Shown piece by piece: positions 1 to 10,796 of a DNA stretch of 64,000 nt. A model generated the notes under the pieces. That model ran no database searches. It was given only the letters and a program-made list of their open reading frames with translations, and was not told the DNA's origin. The stretch lies in contig CAWAVF010000002.1 of assembly GCA_963785405.1 (NCBI GenBank), positions 425,569 to 489,568 of the forward strand. Direction: 5' to 3'. Source of the stretch: an uncultured Gammaproteobacteria bacterium (lineage in GTDB: Bacteria > Pseudomonadota > Gammaproteobacteria > Steroidobacterales > Steroidobacteraceae). Every line of letters starts with the position of its first letter. Position 1 is the stretch's first letter. Made by a program: the position numbers and the translations under genes.

Positions 1-771
1 GGTAGCCGGTCTTGAATATCCACGCGACCACCGCCAGACAGATCACGAAGAATCCCACGGTCATCAGCATGCTTACGCCGACGCTGACATCGGCGCTGCC
101 GTAGAAACTCCAGCGAAAGCCGCTGATCAGGTACACGATGGGATTGAACAGGCTGAAGGTGCGCCATGCCGGCGGCAGCATGTCGATCGAATAGAAGGCA
201 CCGCCGAGGAACGTGAGCGGCGTGATGACGAGCATCGGAATGAACTGCAGATGTTCGAAGCTCTTGGCCCAGATGCCGATGATGAAGCCGAACAGACTGA
301 ACGTGGCCGCCGTCATCAGCAGAAACCCGATCATCCACGCCGGATGCATGATCCTGATCGGCACGAACAGCGATGCGGTTGCCAGGATGATGAGGCCGAG
401 CACCACCGACTTGGTCGCGGCGGCGCCGACATAGGCGATCACGATTTCCAGGTAGGACACCGGCGCGGACAGCAGTTCGTAGATCGTGCCCGTCCATTTG
501 GGAAAGTATATTCCGAACGAGGCGTTGGACAGGCTCTCCGTGAACAGTGCCAGCATGATGAGCCCCGGCACGATGAATGCGCCGTAGTTGACGCCGCCGG
601 TGCCGGCCAGGCGCGAACCGATGGCCGCGCCGAACACCACGAAGTACAGCGATGTGGTGATGACCGGTGTCACCAGGCTCTGCACCAGGGTGCGCAGCGC
701 CCTCGCGATCTCGAACCTGTAGATCGCCCAGACGCCGTGGCGGTTGAACTTAAGAAGCGCCAGCGGCCGGT

Positions 772-775
<4 letters not shown>
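1..775 (-). CDS. ABC-2 type transporter permease (YadH-like); C-terminal end cut by the window edge
   Basis: Absent from the ORF track because it is open at the edge. Hand translation from ATG at 775 gives [56 protein letters not shown]... with several hydrophobic helices. ATGA start/stop overlap with the upstream ABC ATPase. Confidence 0.8.
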
Positions 776-1695
<920 letters not shown>

Positions 1696-1716
1696 GCGTC
1701 TAATCCCTTTGGCCTC

Positions 1717-2750
1717 TCAGGATTGCCGAGGCGCTCGACCAAGGCGCGCGGTGAACTCCGCCGTGCTTGCCTTGCCGCCCAGGTCGCCGGTGCGTACTTC
1801 GGTCGAGGTTGAGGGTTTGATCGATGCGCGGTTCGCAGGCGTGCGGCCATGTGCGGCAGGTGACAGTGCTCGAGCATCATCGCGGCGGCGAGCATGAGCG
1901 CGATGGGGTTTGCGATCCCCTTGCCGGCGATGTCCGGGGCTGAGCCATGCACGGCTTCGAAGATCGCGGCGTTGGCGCCAATGTTGGCGCCGGGCGTCAT
2001 TCCCAGTCCCCCGACCAGTCCGGCCACCAGATCGGAGAGAATGTCGCCGAACAGATTGGTGGTCACCAAGACGTCGAATTGCCAGGGGTTGAGCACGAGC
2101 TTCATCGCGCAGGCGTCGATGATGACCGTTTCCAGTTCAAAGCGGCCTTTATACTTGCGTTCGTACAGCTCCAGGGCGGTCTCCAAAAAAATACCGGTCA
2201 GGGCCTTCATGATGTTGGCTTTGTGCACGATCGCGACTTTTTTCCGCCCGGTTGCAACGGCATGCGCAAACGCAAATTCCAGCAAGCGCCGGCTGCCTTG
2301 TCGCGTGTTGACTCCCGTCGCCATGGCCACAGCATGCGGGTCGTCGTCGATTTGGATGTAGTGCTCGTGCCCGATGTACAGACCCTCGAGATTTTCGCGC
2401 ACCACCACCAGATCGATGTTGTCGAATCGGCCGCCCGGAATCAGCGTGCGCGCGGGGCGCAGATTGGCATACAGCTTGAACTGTTCGCGCAAACGAACAT
2501 TCGAAGATCGATAGCCGCCGCCCGACGGAGTCTCGAGCGGCCCCTTGAGCGCCAGCCGCGTGCGCGTGATGCTGTCGATCGTTGTGCCAGGCAGAGGATC
2601 TCCGGCGGCTTTCACGCCTTCCAAGCCGGCAGGCTGCCGATCCCATTGAAATGGCGCGCCCAGAGCTTGCAGCGCGGCGAGCGTCGCATCCATGATCTCG
2701 GGTCCGATCCCGTCTCCGGGGATCAGGGTGGCGGGAATCGATTGTGACAT
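1717..2750 (-). CDS. icd: NAD-dependent isocitrate dehydrogenase (IDH3/isopropylmalate DH family) with a frame disruption near the 3' end (possible pseudogene or assembly indel)
   Basis: ORF-track 1632..2750. The N-terminal ~335 aa are typical (LIPGDGIGPEI, RENLEGLY, NLFGDILSDL, AVHGSAPDIAGKGIANP). The conserved C-terminal EVRTGDLGGKASTAEF is encoded in another frame and ends at a stop at 1717..1719. See finding. Confidence 0.85.
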
Positions 2751-2831
2751 CGTTGTACTCTGGTGTTACAAAAGCGCTCATTAGGATACTCGAAAGAACC
2801 TCAAGACTGCTGCGCTACCGGACAGTGGGAG

Positions 2832-3392
2832 TTGCCCATCAATAACGACGAAGTCATCTTGCGCACGCGTTGCTGGCTGGAAAAATCCGTCATTGGCCTC
2901 AACCTTTGTCCGTTTGCGGAAGCTGCGTACCGGGCCGATCTGGTGCGCTTTTATGTCAGCGAGCAACGATCCGCATCGGGATTGCTGGAGGAGCTGCGTT
3001 CAGAATTGTTGGGCCTGCAGGCAGCGGATCCGTTGACCTGTGAAACGGCGCTGCTCATTCATCCTGGGGTGCTCAACGATTTCCTCGAGTACAACGATTT
3101 TCTCGACGTCTGCGATGCGGCCGTGAGCGACCTGCAACTGGAAGGCGAACTGCAGGTCGCGAGCTTTCATCCGCAGTATCAGTTCGCGGGAACTGCATCC
3201 GAGGACATCGATAACTACACCAACCGCTCACCTTATCCGATGCTGCACCTGTTGCGCGAAGCCAGCGTCGCAAGGGCGATTGCCGCGGTGGGCGATACCG
3301 ATGAGATATATCGCAGAAATATCCGCACCCTGCGCGCATTGGGACATGCCGGTTGGCAGCGGCTGTGGCTTGCCGAACCAAAGAGTCCTTGA
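2832..3392 (+). CDS. DUF1415 family protein
   Basis: ORF 2763..3392. WLEKSVIGLNLCPFA, VASFHPQYQFAG and NRSPYPMLHLLRE match my memory of DUF1415. The GTG at 2763 leaves only 12 nt to the divergent icd start, so I prefer the in-frame TTG at 2832 (start uncertain). Confidence 0.7.
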   Translation: MPINNDEVILRTRCWLEKSVIGLNLCPFAEAAYRADLVRFYVSEQRSASGLLEELRSELLGLQAADPLTCETALLIHPGVLNDFLEYNDFLDVCDAAVSDLQLEGELQVASFHPQYQFAGTASEDIDNYTNRSPYPMLHLLREASVARAIAAVGDTDEIYRRNIRTLRALGHAGWQRLWLAEPKSP

Positions 3393-3395
3393 GCC

Positions 3396-3908
3396 TTAAG
3401 TCAAGGTCTTGCGCATGGGGATGAATTCGATGCTCTCGCCGGACCCGACATCGTATGCAACCGCAGCAGTGCCGGTGTAGCCGCGCGCGGCGTACAGCTT
3501 CACGCCGGGGAGCGTCGCCATGAGCTCGACCTGTGCGAATCCATGGTTTCGCGCCTCAGTCTCGCAATGCTCGAGCAGCATCGAGCCGATACCGCGGCGG
3601 GCATGACTCGGATCAACAAAGAATGCGCGTATTTTCGCAGCCTGAGTTTTAGGATCGAGGGTCGAGCTGTCGCGATCCTTGCGGGCATCGCCGCCGAACA
3701 GCGTTGAGCGAAAGCTCCAACCACCGCAGCCGACGAATTGTCCGGCCTCTTCGACCACGTAGTAGGTTTGGTCGGCCAGCAGCTGGGTATCCACACCGAA
3801 TGCGCCCCGGAGCGCGCCTTCAACCTGGGAGGGACGATAGTCTTCCTTGCTCAGGCCGCGCGCCGAGCGGGCTATGAGCGCCTGCAGTGCAGGAACATCG
3901 GCAAGCAT
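3396..3908 (-). CDS. GNAT family N-acetyltransferase
   Basis: 170 aa. Acetyl-CoA motif RRGIGSMLLEHCE, with typical length and topology. Confidence 0.8.
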   Translation of the reverse strand: MLADVPALQALIARSARGLSKEDYRPSQVEGALRGAFGVDTQLLADQTYYVVEEAGQFVGCGGWSFRSTLFGGDARKDRDSSTLDPKTQAAKIRAFFVDPSHARRGIGSMLLEHCETEARNHGFAQVELMATLPGVKLYAARGYTGTAAVAYDVGSGESIEFIPMRKTLT

Positions 3909-3927
3909 GGCCTTGCGCAGGTTCAGG

Positions 3928-4893
3928 CTAATCCGGATTACTCGGGGCGTCGGGCGCCGGCTGCAGCGGTTCGGAGGGCTTAGGATCGCGGGAATCGCGG
4001 CCGTAGTAGTTCGGGTAGTCGGCGCTCAATCCCTTGAAGCGGCGGTGGACCCAGAAATACTGTTCCGGTGCCAGGCGAATCTGCTCCTCCAACAACCGGT
4101 TATAGCGTTCGGCATCCTCGACCGCATCGCCGGGGAAATTATCGAAAGCAGGTCCGATCACCACGCGGTACCCTTGATTGCCCGGCAGACGCTCGGCGAA
4201 ATAGGTCATGACCGGGGCGCCGGTAATCTCTGCCAATCGCGACGTGGCGGTATTGGTGGCCGCCGGAATGCCGAAGAACTTGACCATCGCTGCGCCTTTG
4301 TTGCGGTAACTCTGGTCCGGCGCATACCACACCGCTTCGTTCTTCTTGAGCGCGCGAATCATGGCGCGAATATCATCGTATGGAATGGGATAGCCGTGCC
4401 GGCAGAAGCTGGTGAACATGATGTGCGACAGGAGCGCGTTTTTCCACGGCCGAAACACGACATGCAGAGGCACCACGGTGCCCAAGATGCGAGTGGAAAT
4501 TTCAATGGTGGTGAAATGCGCGCCGAGCAGAATTGCGCCGCGGCCCTTGGCCAGCGCCGCCTGCAAATGATGCAGGCCTTGCACGTCGGCGAGCTTGTTG
4601 ACCCTGGCATCGCTGCTCCACCAGGTGTTGGCCGTCTCGCACAGCGCCATCCCGAGACTGCGGAAATGCCGATCGACCAGGGCGGCGCGCTCTGCTTCGC
4701 CAAGCTCCGGAAGGCAAAGGTCGATGTTACGGCGTGCGATCCGCTTAAAGTGCAGCGGCAAATGCTGCAGAAGCATGCCGATGGCGCTGCCCGCGCGTCG
4801 CTGGGCGGGGAAGGGCAGCAATTCCAGGCTGCGCATCAGGCAAAGACCCACCCAGGTGATCCAAAACTTGGGATGTAGAAACTCGAGCCGCAT
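3928..4893 (-). CDS. lpxL: Lipid A biosynthesis lauroyl/myristoyl acyltransferase (LpxL/HtrB family)
   Basis: 321 aa. N-terminal FLHPKFWITWVGL, HFTTIE (HX4E-type acyltransferase motif), C-terminal PEQYFWVHRRFK. Confidence 0.85.
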   Translation of the reverse strand: MRLEFLHPKFWITWVGLCLMRSLELLPFPAQRRAGSAIGMLLQHLPLHFKRIARRNIDLCLPELGEAERAALVDRHFRSLGMALCETANTWWSSDARVNKLADVQGLHHLQAALAKGRGAILLGAHFTTIEISTRILGTVVPLHVVFRPWKNALLSHIMFTSFCRHGYPIPYDDIRAMIRALKKNEAVWYAPDQSYRNKGAAMVKFFGIPAATNTATSRLAEITGAPVMTYFAERLPGNQGYRVVIGPAFDNFPGDAVEDAERYNRLLEEQIRLAPEQYFWVHRRFKGLSADYPNYYGRDSRDPKPSEPLQPAPDAPSNPD

Positions 4894-5279
4894 CCGTATC
4901 CTGATGGTTTAGCACGCAAACAGGCCGGAAGAATAGCCGCGTTGCCGGCAACATGGCCAGGCGCAAATCGTTGTGCTTACGCGCTCTCGCTCATTGTGCT
5001 GCGTCGCAACATAACCCAAGCGGCATCGCAGCTCACCCCAAGAACGACCTTGATGGGCGAGCGCCGGATTTACCACTTAAGGCCTGTGAGGCCGAATATT
5101 CGTGTTTATCAGTGATTTGCTGTAGTATCCGCGCCGGTTCGTGATTTCTACTTGGTCCGTTTCTGGTCAGCGCGCCGCTCCGGCGTCACCTTGGCCACAA
5201 CCCACAAAGCAGGTTTCTTCGATCCAGGTGGCTGGCATTTGACCAGCCGATAGTTTCTTTTGTAGTAGGTATTCTTCAC

Positions 5280-5579
5280 ATGACGAAAATGTATGTTGGC
5301 AATCTCCCGTTCTCGATGGACGAAGCCGCAGTGCGCGCACTGTTCGAAAAACATGGTGCGGTACAGTCGGTGGCGTTGATCAATGATCGCGACACCGGTC
5401 GTCCCCGTGGCTTTGGCTTCGTCGAAATGGCTAGCGCAGACGCTGCGCGCGCTATGCAGGCGCTGAATGGCCATGATGTCGACGGGCGAGCGCTAAAGGT
5501 CAATGAGGCTCAGGAGCGCACCGGCGGCGGTGGTGGCGGTGGTGGTGGTGGCGGATCGCGCGGCCCGAAGCGCTGGTAA
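5280..5579 (+). CDS. RRM-type RNA-binding protein with glycine-rich tail
   Basis: 99 aa. RNP2 MYVGNL, RNP1 RGFGFVEM, C-terminal G11 run. The start may be the ATG at 5289 instead. Confidence 0.9.
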   Translation: MTKMYVGNLPFSMDEAAVRALFEKHGAVQSVALINDRDTGRPRGFGFVEMASADAARAMQALNGHDVDGRALKVNEAQERTGGGGGGGGGGGSRGPKRW

Positions 5580-5605
5580 CAGCGATTAGGATTTGAGCGA
5601 TTACC

Positions 5606-5636
5606 TAAGGCCGCAGCAATGCGGCCTTAAGTTTTG
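5606..5636 (+). terminator. Intrinsic terminator after the RRM protein gene
   Basis: TAAGGCCGC-agcaat-GCGGCCTTA stem-loop followed by AGTTTT. Confidence 0.7.
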
Positions 5637-5658
5637 ACGAGCGCAAGCACGAACAGGG

Positions 5659-5687
5659 TTTACGCCCCGGGCGGCTTTGCCTATAAT
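5659..5687 (+). promoter_or_regulatory. Sigma70-type promoter for the rimP-nusA-infB leader
   Basis: TTTACG (5659..5664), 17 nt spacer, TATAAT (5682..5687), then GC-rich discriminator CGCGGCCC. Confidence 0.55.
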
Positions 5688-5771
5688 CGCGGCCCTCGGC
5701 GGGGCTGGTAGGCTGGCATTGCGGTTGGTGGACGATCCACTGACTTCAATGGCTCCGCGCTGTTGCGATTG

Positions 5772-5794
5772 GCCCCGAGAGGGGCTTTTTATTT
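5772..5794 (+). terminator. Leader terminator 1 upstream of rimP
   Basis: GCCCC-gaga-GGGGC followed by TTTTTATTT. Confidence 0.6.
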
Positions 5795-5804
5795 GAGAGA
5801 TTAA

Positions 5805-5833
5805 GGGGGCCGATGGTCCCCTTTTTTGTTTTT
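5805..5833 (+). terminator. Leader terminator 2 upstream of rimP
   Basis: GGGGGCC-gat-GGTCCCC (one G-U pair) followed by TTTTTTGTTTTT. It ends 20 nt before the rimP ATG. Confidence 0.75.
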
Positions 5834-5853
5834 AGGAATATGTGGGCGGGAAC

Positions 5854-6312
5854 ATGCGTGATGCCTTGATGCGCTTGACAGAGCCGCCGATCGAGGCGTT
5901 GGGCTATGAACTGGTCGACCTCGAGTATGCGCGCGAAGGATCAGGCGGGATCTTGCGAATCTACATCGATCGCTCCGCGCAGAGCCTGAGCGGTCAGATT
6001 ACGGTGGATGATTGCGCACGCGTGAGTCAGGCAATGAGCCAGGTGCTCGAGACTCACGATCCGATCAAGGGGCATTACACGCTGGAAGTCTCTTCGCCGG
6101 GGTTCGATCGGATATTGCGCACGCGCGCGCACTTCGAGCGATTCAGCGGCGCGCGGATAGCCGCCGAGTTGAAGTTGCCGATCGAAGGTCGGCGGCGATT
6201 TGTCGGGATCTTGAAGTCGGTGGCGGACGACACGATTGTAGTGGAAGTCGACGGCACGGCGCACAGCCTGCCGCTCGATCGAATTCAGAAGGCGAGATTG
6301 CGGCCTGAGTGA
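5854..6312 (+). CDS. rimP: Ribosome maturation factor RimP
   Basis: ORF 5842..6312. ATG at 5854 gives MRDALMRLTEPPIEALGYELVDLEY...LRIYID, a typical RimP N-terminus. Sits directly upstream of nusA. Confidence 0.9.
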   Translation: MRDALMRLTEPPIEALGYELVDLEYAREGSGGILRIYIDRSAQSLSGQITVDDCARVSQAMSQVLETHDPIKGHYTLEVSSPGFDRILRTRAHFERFSGARIAAELKLPIEGRRRFVGILKSVADDTIVVEVDGTAHSLPLDRIQKARLRPE

Positions 6313-6330
6313 GCGAGGAGTCGAAAGGTT

Positions 6331-7827
6331 ATGAACAAAGAAATTTTGATGGCCGTCGATGCGGTCTCCAATGAGAAGGGCGTCGACAAGGAAATTATAT
6401 TCGACGCGCTGGAAGCGGCGCTGGCCTCTGCGACCCGCAAAAAGCACGGCGAGGAGTTGGACGTGCGCGTCGCGATCAACCGCAAGACCGGGGGCTACGA
6501 CACATTTCGGCGCTGGAAGGTGTTCGCCGACGACTCCAGCGAACTCGAGGTGCCGGAGCGCGAGCTGCGTTTGGACGACGCGCGCGACATCGACAAGGAC
6601 GTGGAGCCGGGCGGCTATGTCGAGGAGCCGATGGAATCAGTGCCTTTCGGGCGGATTTTGGCGCAGACCGCCAAGCAAGTCATCGTGCAAAAGGTTCGCG
6701 AGGCCGAACGCGCCCAGGTCGTCGATGCCTATAAGGACCGGGCGGGAACCCTGGTCAGCGGCATCGTCAAGCGCGTCGATCGCAACGGCGTCTATGTGGA
6801 TCTCGGCGCCAACGCGGAAGGATTCATTGCGCGCGAGGAGATGATCCCGCGCGAACCGGTGCGCTCCCAGGACCGCATCAAGGCCTATTTGAAAGAGGTG
6901 CGCACCGAGCCGCGCGGACCGCAATTGTTCCTGTCGCGCACCGCCCCCGAGTTCCTGATCGAACTGTTCAAGCTGGAAGTTCCGGAAGTGGGGCAGGGCC
7001 TGATCAACATTCTGGCAGCCGCCCGCGATGCGGGCGTGCGCGCCAAGATCGCGGTACGCAGCAACGATCCGCGCGTCGATCCGGTCGGCGCCTGCGTCGG
7101 CATGCGCGGCTCGCGCGTGCAGGCGGTTTCCAATGAAATCGCCGGCGAGCGCGTCGACATCATTCCGTTCGACGACAACAATGCCCAGTTCGTGATCAAC
7201 GCGATGGCGCCCGCGGAGGTCACCTCCATTGTCGTCGACGAGGACTCGCACTCGATGGACATCGCGGTATCCGAGGACAAACTTTCGCAGGCCATCGGCA
7301 GGGGCGGCCAGAACATCCGTTTGGCGAGCGAATTGACCGGCTGGGAACTGAACGTCATGAGCGAATCGCAGGCGGAAGCGAAGAGCGAGACGGAGTCCCT
7401 GGCATTGCGCGAGACCTTCATGAAACAGCTGGACGTCGACGCCGACGTGGCGAGCATCCTGGTGCAGGAAGGCTTTTCGACCATCGAAGAGATTGCCTAC
7501 GTGCCGGCCAGCGAATTGAACGCCATCGAGGAGTTCGACGAGGAAATCGTCAAGGAGCTGCGCACTCGGGCCCGCGACGTGCTGTTGACCCAGGCGATCG
7601 CCAGCGAGGAAACGATGGATGGCGCCGAGCCGGGGGCGGATCTGTTGGAAATCACCGGCGAAGCCTTGGGCAAGACGCTGGCGCGCAAGGGCATTCGCAC
7701 CCGCGATGACCTGGCGGATCTGGCCGTTGATGAACTGGTCGAGATGGGCAGCGTGGATGAGAAGAAAGCCGCTGAACTGATCATGGACGCGCGCAAGCAT
7801 TGGTTCGCGGAAGAAGCAAAGGTTTAG
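6331..7827 (+). CDS. nusA: Transcription termination/antitermination factor NusA
   Basis: 498 aa. [18 protein letters not shown]... N-terminus, S1 and KH regions, C-terminal acidic repeats. Confidence 0.97.
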   Translation: MNKEILMAVDAVSNEKGVDKEIIFDALEAALASATRKKHGEELDVRVAINRKTGGYDTFRRWKVFADDSSELEVPERELRLDDARDIDKDVEPGGYVEEPMESVPFGRILAQTAKQVIVQKVREAERAQVVDAYKDRAGTLVSGIVKRVDRNGVYVDLGANAEGFIAREEMIPREPVRSQDRIKAYLKEVRTEPRGPQLFLSRTAPEFLIELFKLEVPEVGQGLINILAAARDAGVRAKIAVRSNDPRVDPVGACVGMRGSRVQAVSNEIAGERVDIIPFDDNNAQFVINAMAPAEVTSIVVDEDSHSMDIAVSEDKLSQAIGRGGQNIRLASELTGWELNVMSESQAEAKSETESLALRETFMKQLDVDADVASILVQEGFSTIEEIAYVPASELNAIEEFDEEIVKELRTRARDVLLTQAIASEETMDGAEPGADLLEITGEALGKTLARKGIRTRDDLADLAVDELVEMGSVDEKKAAELIMDARKHWFAEEAKV

Positions 7828-7835
7828 GAGCAAGT

Positions 7836-10367
7836 ATGGCAGATGTAACCGTCGCTCAATTCGCTGAGGTGCTCAAGGTACCGGTCGATCGACTGCTGCA
7901 GCAGCTCGATCAGGCGGGCATCAAAGTCGACGGCGCCGAAGACATGATCAGCGAAGACGCGAAGCACGAGCTGTTGACGCATTTGCGGCGCAGCCATGGC
8001 CACGACGAGACTCAAGGCGATGCGGCTCCCCGCAAGATTACGCTGCGGCGAAAATCACAATCCGAGCTCAAGCTGGCGAGCCCGCAAGGCAGGGCGCGCA
8101 CGGTGAACGTCGAAGTGCGCAGCAAACGCACCTATGTCAAGCGCGAGGTGCTCGAGGACCAGGCGCGGCATCAGCAGGAGGAAATCGACAAACTGCGCGA
8201 GACCGAGGAACAGGCCAAGGCCGCAGTGGAGCGGGCGGAACGCGAGCGCCTCGAGAAAGAGCGCCTGGATCGCGAGCGCCTCGAGGAAGAAAGCCGGCGC
8301 CGCAGCGACGAGGAAAATCGCAAGCGCACGGCCGAGGAAGAGGCGCGCCGCGCGGCGGAGGTTCAGGCCCGCGAACTCGCGGAGCGCGAGCGCAAGAGCG
8401 CTGCCGCGAAACCCGGCAAGGCGTCACGCGACGCGGTGGACGACAAGGCGACGCGTTATGGCCGCCAGGAGCTGCACATCGTCGGCGATGTCAGTTCGCG
8501 GCATAAGAAGAAGAAATCGCGGGACGGTCGGCGTCGCACAGTGGGCGGCGAGACGGATGCCAAGCATGGCTTTGAGATGCCGACCGCGCGCGTGGTACGC
8601 GAAGTTGCCATCGGCGAAGCCATGACGGTCGGCGAGCTCGCGCAAAAGATGGCGGTCAAGGCGACCGAAGTCATCAAAGTCATGATGAACATGGGCGTGA
8701 TGGCGACGATCAATCAAATGATCGAGCAGGATACCGCGGTGCTGGTGGTCGAGGAGATGGGCCACACGGCGGTGCTGCGCAAGGAAAACATCATCGAGGA
8801 TGATCTGCAGGGCGAACTGGATTCCTCGCTCGAGGTGCTGCCGCGGCCGCCGGTAGTGACCGTCATGGGACACGTCGATCACGGCAAGACCTCATTGCTC
8901 GACTACATCCGGCGCAGCAAAGTGGCGGCGGGCGAGGCGGGCGGCATCACGCAGCATATCGGCGCATATCACGTCGAGACCGCCAAGGGGATGGTGACCT
9001 TTCTCGATACCCCGGGCCATGCGGCGTTTACCTCGATGCGCGCGCGCGGTGCGCAAGTCACGGATATCGTGATCCTGGTGGTGGGCGCGGACGACGGCGT
9101 CATGCCGCAGACCGTCGAGGCCATTCAGCACGCGCAGGCCGCGAAGGTTCCCATCGTCGTGGCGCTCAACAAGATCGACAAGCCGGAGGCGGATCCGGAA
9201 AAAGTAAAGCAGGAACTCACCAAGTACGGCGTGATACCCGAAGAGTGGGGCGGCGAGAATATCTTCGTTGCCGTTTCGGCGCGCACCGGCCAAGGTGTCG
9301 ATCAGCTGCTCGATAGCCTGCTGCTGCAGGCCGAAGTGCTCGAGTTGAAGGCGCCGACCGCCGGACTTGCCGCCGGCTACGTCATCGAATCGAGCCTCGA
9401 AAAGGGCCGCGGCGCCGTCGCCACGGTATTGGTGCTGCGCGGCACGCTGAAGCTCGGCGATCCCATACTGATCGGACAGGAATTCGGCCGCGTGCGCGCA
9501 TTATTCGACGAGGCCGGGCATCCGGTTGACGCGGCGGGTCCGTCGATTCCGGTGGTGGTGCTGGGCTTGTCCGGCGCTCCCAATGCCGGGGACGAGCTGC
9601 TGGTGGTGGAGAGCGAGCGCAAAGCCCGCGAAGTTGCCATGCATCGGCAGTCGAAATCGCGCGACGTCAAGCTGGCCCAGAAAGCCACCAACATGCAGGA
9701 CGTGTTCTCGACCATGGGCGAGAGCAAAGCAAACCTCGTGCAGCTATTGGTCAAGGCGGATGTTCAGGGCAGCGCCGAAGCATTGCGCGATTCGCTCAAC
9801 GGCCTGTCGACCGCTGAAGTGGCGGTCAACATCGTGGCCTCCGGGGTGGGCGGTCTCACCGAGTCGGACGTGACCTTGGCGGCCGCTTCAAAGGCGCGGA
9901 TCATCGCCTTCAACGTGCGCGGCGATGCGGCAGCCCGCGCCGCGATCAAGGAACATGGTGTCGATGTCCGTTACTACAGCATCATTTACGAAGCCATCGA
10001 TGACATCAAAGCCGTGCTTACCGGCATGCTGTCGCCCGAGGTCAAGGAATCGATCGTCGGACTGGCCGAAGTGCGCAGCGTTTTCCGCTCCAGCAAATTC
10101 GGCACGGTTGCGGGCTGCATGGTAATCGACGGCTACGTGCGGCGTAATTTTCCAATCCGCGTGCTGCGCAACAACGTGGTGATCTTCGAGGGCGCGCTGG
10201 AATCCTTGAAGCGCTTCAAGGACGATGTCAGCGAAGTACGCGCCGGCACCGAGTGCGGCATCGGCGTGAAGAATTACAGCGACGTCCAGGAAGGCGATCA
10301 AATCGAGTGTTATTCACGGGTGGAAGTTGCGCGCACGCTGTCTGAATCGCGCGGTGAGACCACTTAA
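7836..10367 (+). CDS. infB: Translation initiation factor IF-2
   Basis: ORF 7800..10367. ATG at 7836 is preceded by AGGAG. G1 motif [21 protein letters not shown]. Confidence 0.97.
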   Translation: MADVTVAQFAEVLKVPVDRLLQQLDQAGIKVDGAEDMISEDAKHELLTHLRRSHGHDETQGDAAPRKITLRRKSQSELKLASPQGRARTVNVEVRSKRTYVKREVLEDQARHQQEEIDKLRETEEQAKAAVERAERERLEKERLDRERLEEESRRRSDEENRKRTAEEEARRAAEVQARELAERERKSAAAKPGKASRDAVDDKATRYGRQELHIVGDVSSRHKKKKSRDGRRRTVGGETDAKHGFEMPTARVVREVAIGEAMTVGELAQKMAVKATEVIKVMMNMGVMATINQMIEQDTAVLVVEEMGHTAVLRKENIIEDDLQGELDSSLEVLPRPPVVTVMGHVDHGKTSLLDYIRRSKVAAGEAGGITQHIGAYHVETAKGMVTFLDTPGHAAFTSMRARGAQVTDIVILVVGADDGVMPQTVEAIQHAQAAKVPIVVALNKIDKPEADPEKVKQELTKYGVIPEEWGGENIFVAVSARTGQGVDQLLDSLLLQAEVLELKAPTAGLAAGYVIESSLEKGRGAVATVLVLRGTLKLGDPILIGQEFGRVRALFDEAGHPVDAAGPSIPVVVLGLSGAPNAGDELLVVESERKAREVAMHRQSKSRDVKLAQKATNMQDVFSTMGESKANLVQLLVKADVQGSAEALRDSLNGLSTAEVAVNIVASGVGGLTESDVTLAAASKARIIAFNVRGDAAARAAIKEHGVDVRYYSIIYEAIDDIKAVLTGMLSPEVKESIVGLAEVRSVFRSSKFGTVAGCMVIDGYVRRNFPIRVLRNNVVIFEGALESLKRFKDDVSEVRAGTECGIGVKNYSDVQEGDQIECYSRVEVARTLSESRGETT

Positions 10368-10372
10368 AAAAT

Positions 10373-10792
10373 ATGGCCAAAGACAACCCGCGGGCGCGGC
10401 GCTTGGGCGAGCAGATCCAGCGCGAACTTACCGATCTCTTGCGGCGCGACGTCAAGGATGAGCGCATCGGCAACGTGACGATAACCGCGGTCAACGTCAC
10501 CGGTGATCTGCGCACGGCGCGCGTTTACTACCTGGTGTTCGGCAAGGAAGGGCCGGACCCCAAGGTGCAGCGCGGATTGGAAAGTGCCGCCGGCTTCCTG
10601 CGCAATGCCTTATCGCGTTCCTTGATGATTCGCCACACTCCTACCTTGACCTTCGAACTCGATACGTCGATCGAGCATGGCGTGCGCCTGACGCAGTTGA
10701 TCGACTCGCTGAAAAAGCCCGCCATCAGCGGCTCGGCCGCGCCCGCTGGCAGCGTGCCGGACGATCACGACCATGTGATCGACGAGGGCTAG
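10373..10792 (+). CDS. rbfA: Ribosome-binding factor A
   Basis: 139 aa. RRLGEQIQRELTDLL and TITAVNVTGDLRTARVYY. Confidence 0.93.
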   Translation: MAKDNPRARRLGEQIQRELTDLLRRDVKDERIGNVTITAVNVTGDLRTARVYYLVFGKEGPDPKVQRGLESAAGFLRNALSRSLMIRHTPTLTFELDTSIEHGVRLTQLIDSLKKPAISGSAAPAGSVPDDHDHVIDEG

Positions 10793-10796
10793 TCCG

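Noticed and set aside
5699-5758. Possible degenerate tRNA (metY remnant) in the rimP leader: a 7-bp acceptor-like helix, a TGGTAG D-loop-like string and TTCAAT.
   Set aside because: The span is only 60 nt, there is no T-arm stem around TTCAAT, and there is no anticodon arm. It folds better as a simple Y-shaped leader. Kept only as part of the leader finding.
6637-7833. Long antisense ORFs inside well-supported genes. Examples: 6637..7833 opposite nusA, 19322..20965 opposite smc, 22191..23300 opposite ligA, 44669..45595 opposite rpsA, 48898..49854 opposite rhlE, 56546..57778 opposite glcB, 58762..59766 opposite the ABC exporter, 35918..37054 and 15706..16656.
   Set aside because: Stop codons are rare in high-GC DNA, so long open frames occur on the opposite strand. 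Their translations are Arg/Ala/Gly/His-rich low-complexity sequence with no family motifs, while the sense-strand genes are unambiguous.
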